Assembly (NCBI GenBank): GCA_025936825.1
Contig: JAICSO010000010.1
Location: 80,257 to 144,256, forward strand
Source of the DNA: Terriglobales bacterium
GTDB lineage: Bacteria; Acidobacteriota; Terriglobia; Terriglobales; Acidobacteriaceae
Reading direction: 5' to 3'
DNA: 64,000 nt
Shown: positions 61,096 to 64,000 of the stretch, piece after piece
Layout: each line of letters opens with the position of its first letter
Position numbering within the stretch: the stretch's first letter is position 1
Notes under the pieces: model-generated
The model's database searches: none
Told to the model about the DNA's origin: nothing
What the model saw: the letters and a program-made list of their open reading frames with translations, nothing else
Position numbers and translations under genes: made by a program

Positions 61096-61124
61096 ATTGA
61101 TTGAAAAATGTAAAATCAATCAAT
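61096..61124. promoter_or_regulatory. Candidate operator: ATTGATTGA-N11-TCAATCAAT inverted repeat next to a TTGACA -35-like box
   Basis: The 9-bp arms are perfect: ATTGATTGA (61096-61104) and TCAATCAAT (61116-61124), with spacer AAAATGTAAAA. TTGACA at 61130-61135 is followed 18 nt later by TACCGT (61154-61159). The site lies in the divergent deoR / TonB-dependent-receptor intergenic region. Confidence 0.4.
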
Positions 61125-61227
61125 TTTGCTTGACAAAGCGCAACGCGTCTCAGTACCGTCACCTTTCAGACCGGAGATTGCCGGGCCCTCCCCTGGCCAA
61201 AATCGAGCGAAGAGAGATGAGGATTTT

Positions 61228-64000
61228 ATGAAAACAAAAGTGGTTTACGCGGCTCTGATTGGCTTGCTCGCTGCCTGCTTTGCGCTGCCTGCGATGGCAC
61301 AGACTGTGACCGCCGCCATCACGGGTGTCGTTACCGACCCCAGCGGCGCGGTTGTCCCCCGGGCTACCGTGATCGCGGAAAACACCGCGACCGGCGTGCA
61401 GACAACGGCTCAAACCAATGACACGGGCGCCTACATGATTCGGTTTCTCCCCATCGGGACCTACACCCTGAATATCAACGCGAAAGCTTTTGCACCCGCG
61501 AAAGTGGATGGAATTACCCTCGAGATCAATCAGACCGCTACCGTCAACGTCGCCATGAAAATCAGCACAGCCGAGACGACGGTTGTGAACGAAACCGTTC
61601 ATCCGATTCTGGACACGCAAGATGCGACCCTCGGCAACACCCTGAGCACCAATGAAATTCAGAACATTCCGCTGAACGGGCGGAACTTCTCTTCGCTCAC
61701 TTTGTACGAGCCGGGGTCAGTTAATACCGACCCGAGCGGGCTAACCGGTAGCAATGCGATTGAGCGCAATACATTCAACAACGGCATTGTGGCGGTGAAT
61801 GGCAATCGCCAGCAGGCGAACAACTACACCATCGAGGGCGCAGACGATAACGAACCCCAGAACAATCTTATTGGCTACAATCCTGCGCCAGACGCAATTG
61901 CGCAGGTACGCGTAATCTCCGGGAACGCGAACGCGACTTACGGAAACGCTAATGGCGGCACGGTTGTAACCGTACTCAAGTCAGGTACGAACAACTTCCA
62001 CGGCTCTATGTACGAGTTCCTCCAGAGCCAGATTCTCGATGCCAATACCTGGTCCAATAACCACAAGACACCAATAATTCCCAAAAACTCGTACACACAA
62101 AACATTTTCGGAGGCACAATCGGCGGTCCCATTGTAAGAAACAGGCTGTTCTTCTTCGCGGACTACGAAGGAATACGCCATCACACGGGCGGAACGTCAT
62201 CCGCGAGTTTGCTGACGCCGGCCATGCTTGCGGGAAATTTTGGGGTTCTCAATGCCTCGGGCATACAGCTCTACGACACGCAGAACGGATTCTCTCCATA
62301 CGCGGGCAACCAAGTCCCTGTTACCAATCCTGTCGCGCAGTATCTTGCGGCGCACCCGGAGCTGTATCCGGCGCCGAATTCCACGCCGACCGATGGATTG
62401 ATCGCCGATAATTTCCAGGGCCCTCAGTCCTCATACATTTCCAACAACCAGGAAGATGTGAAAGTTGACTGGACGCCTACGGATGCGAATCGCATCAACG
62501 GCTTCTATTCGCAGGGCACAGGATCGGATTTCACGACCGCTCTGATTCCTGTGTTCTTCCCTGCTCACAATCATTACCCAACGAAGATCGCGGGCGCCAG
62601 CTTCGTCCACACTTTCTCGCCTTCCATCATTAACGAATTCCGCTTAGGCTTCACGCGAGTGCGCTGGCTCAACGGTGTTCCCAGCGATCCCTCGGGACAG
62701 TTCGGCCTGGCCGGTGATCAGAAAGTGGGTATCCCTTTCGGGACCCAGCAGTACGTTGGTTTTACCGGGCAGAGCATCAACACCGCCAACTACGTTGGGA
62801 CCAATGCCAATCCGCAGGTCTTCACCGACAATACTTTCAATTATTACGACAACCTCACTTGGCAGCACGGACGCCATTACTTCTCGATCGGAGGCCAAGC
62901 GACCCGCTATCAGCAGAATTACTTGAATGCGGGCAATGTCGGGTTCCTGGGTCAGTTCTCGTATAACGGAATCTTCACCAGCGACCCAAATGCGGCGAAC
63001 GGTCCTGGCTACGGGCCAGCCGATTTCGTGCTTGGCCGAATTCAAAACGTGCAGTTGGCATCGCCGCTGGGATGGGTTGGGAATCGGCAGTGGCGTCTGG
63101 CTGGATACGTCCAGGACGACCTGAAGTTGACCGCTCGGCTCACGCTGAATCTTGGAATTCGCTATGAGTATGACCAACCCTGGTATGAGCAGAACAATAA
63201 GACGGCAAACGTCCTGCCCGGCGGAATCGTAGAGTATGCAGGGCACGTTCCAGCCTTAGCCGAGCCGGGGTCGATCGTCTGCAAAACCCGCGCATGCTAC
63301 GACGCGAATTACAACCAATTCATGCCGCGACTCGGGTTCGCTTATCAGGCCACGAGCAAGCTGGTCATTCGCGGCGGTTATGGCGCAACCAGCTTCTTCG
63401 AGGGGTATTCGTTCAATCAGCGTTTGACCTCCAGCCCTCCCTTCTCTCTCGCAATCAACACCAGTGCCACCACTCCGTCTACAACTTCGGGAGGCACTCC
63501 GTTCACGGTTGCGAACGCCTTCAGCCAGCCGCTGGGGATTAATAATTCTCTCTACTCCGTGTGGCCGCAGAATACGCAACCCTCATACATTCACCAGTTC
63601 ACGCTGATGACGGAATACGCGCTCACCAACGAGCTGTCGTTGAGCGCTGGATATCACGGTCAGGTTGGGCACCATCTGGCGGACTATCGCAATGGAAACC
63701 AACTGACAACGGCACAAGCTCTGGATCTCTCGCCTCTTGGGGGATGCGGCGCTGCGAACATCCCGGCTGCGGACCAGACTCCCTACTTCGCGCTGGTCGG
63801 AGAATGCAATCCGGTCCTGATTACCGAGTCGCAAGCGCGAATGACGTACAACGCAGCCCAGGTGACCCTGCGTCAGCGAACGCATCATGGATTGGAATAC
63901 ACCGTGAACTACACGTTCGCGAAGTCACTGACGAATTCCTCGGGCAACTATTCTGTGGCTAATACCAGCTTCAACGGATCGTCACATCAGAACGGATACG
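61228..64000 (+). CDS. TonB-dependent outer-membrane receptor with a carboxypeptidase-regulatory-like N-domain. Only the N-terminal ~924 aa are present; it continues past the right window edge.
   Basis: Absent from the ORF track because there is no in-window stop. The ATG at 61228 is preceded by GAGGA. Hand translation gives MKTKVVYAALIGLLAACFALPAMAQTVTAAITGVVTDPSGAVVPRATVIAENTATGVQTTAQTNDTGAYMIRFLPIGTYTLNINAKAFAPAKVDGITLEINQTATVNVAMK...IQNIPLNGRNFSSLTLYEPGS... This has the same architecture as 10278..13541. Confidence 0.85.
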   Translation, partial: MKTKVVYAALIGLLAACFALPAMAQTVTAAITGVVTDPSGAVVPRATVIAENTATGVQTTAQTNDTGAYMIRFLPIGTYTLNINAKAFAPAKVDGITLEINQTATVNVAMKISTAETTVVNETVHPILDTQDATLGNTLSTNEIQNIPLNGRNFSSLTLYEPGSVNTDPSGLTGSNAIERNTFNNGIVAVNGNRQQANNYTIEGADDNEPQNNLIGYNPAPDAIAQVRVISGNANATYGNANGGTVVTVLKSGTNNFHGSMYEFLQSQILDANTWSNNHKTPIIPKNSYTQNIFGGTIGGPIVRNRLFFFADYEGIRHHTGGTSSASLLTPAMLAGNFGVLNASGIQLYDTQNGFSPYAGNQVPVTNPVAQYLAAHPELYPAPNSTPTDGLIADNFQGPQSSYISNNQEDVKVDWTPTDANRINGFYSQGTGSDFTTALIPVFFPAHNHYPTKIAGASFVHTFSPSIINEFRLGFTRVRWLNGVPSDPSGQFGLAGDQKVGIPFGTQQYVGFTGQSINTANYVGTNANPQVFTDNTFNYYDNLTWQHGRHYFSIGGQATRYQQNYLNAGNVGFLGQFSYNGIFTSDPNAANGPGYGPADFVLGRIQNVQLASPLGWVGNRQWRLAGYVQDDLKLTARLTLNLGIRYEYDQPWYEQNNKTANVLPGGIVEYAGHVPALAEPGSIVCKTRACYDANYNQFMPRLGFAYQATSKLVIRGGYGATSFFEGYSFNQRLTSSPPFSLAINTSATTPSTTSGGTPFTVANAFSQPLGINNSLYSVWPQNTQPSYIHQFTLMTEYALTNELSLSAGYHGQVGHHLADYRNGNQLTTAQALDLSPLGGCGAANIPAADQTPYFALVGECNPVLITESQARMTYNAAQVTLRQRTHHGLEYTVNYTFAKSLTNSSGNYSVANTSFNGSSHQNGY

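Noticed and set aside
1-64000. Search by eye for rRNA, tRNA, CRISPR arrays, transposases/integrases, phage genes and known defence-system genes
   Set aside because: None were recognised. The intergenic regions are short (the largest are about 330-520 bp) and contain no cloverleaf-like or repeat-spacer structure. No ORF shows nuclease, recombinase or ATPase motifs typical of mobile or defence elements.

Overview
Dense, GC-rich bacterial chromosomal window with about 42 protein-coding genes. I saw no rRNA, tRNA, CRISPR array, transposase or integrase. The gene content suggests a soil Acidobacteriota (Terriglobia-like) genome: CarboxypepD_reg-type TonB-dependent receptors, a CRTAC1+TPR pair, a PSCyt/DUF1549/DUF1553 + DUF1501 pair, a PNGase A/H+-like amidase and many Tat/Sec-exported glycoside hydrolases. 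The taxon is inference only. Blocks from left to right: (1) 1-13.6 kb, a glycan-utilisation-like locus. A minus-strand string encodes a periplasmic sugar-binding protein, a sensor kinase, a LuxR-type regulator, GH127, a TPR protein, CRTAC1 and a GH35-like enzyme, and it is divergent from a TonB-dependent receptor. (2) 13.6-15.1 kb, a second TPR protein, paralogous to the first. (3) 15.1-25.6 kb, a six-gene nitrate/nitrite assimilation operon: an FeS-DmsC-like fusion, nasA, nirB, nirD, narK and an alginate-export-type outer-membrane porin. A siroheme-branch gene lies divergent from it. (4) 25.8-35.3 kb, a cell-envelope island. A free-standing PBP transpeptidase is coupled to a SpoIID+peptidase-MA fusion, and this pair converges on a YfaT(DUF1175) / thioester alpha-2-macroglobulin / membrane-protein operon. 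(5) 35.8-41.2 kb: GH43, a cytochrome c / PQQ dehydrogenase / SDR operon, and a ThuA-like protein. (6) 41.2-45.9 kb: boxR divergent from boxC-boxB (aerobic benzoyl-CoA pathway), with a perfect 20-bp TGCA-containing palindrome in the control region and no boxA. (7) An orphan receiver protein and ampG. (8) 48.3-55.8 kb, a four-gene operon of periplasmic or membrane proteins of unknown function: PSCyt1-DUF1549-LamG-DUF1553, DUF1501, DUF2231-PSCyt1-LRR and an NHL propeller. I rate this the best candidate for an undescribed system. (9) 56-64 kb, an N-glycan-type locus: GH92, a PNGase A/H+-like protein, a DeoR regulator and a second TonB-dependent receptor. Two real CDSs at the window edges are missing from the ORF track because they have no in-window stop. 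Several track ORFs carry spurious N-terminal extensions, which I trimmed using SD motifs and 4-nt ATGA/GTGA overlaps. All family assignments come from motif recognition by eye, not from database searches.
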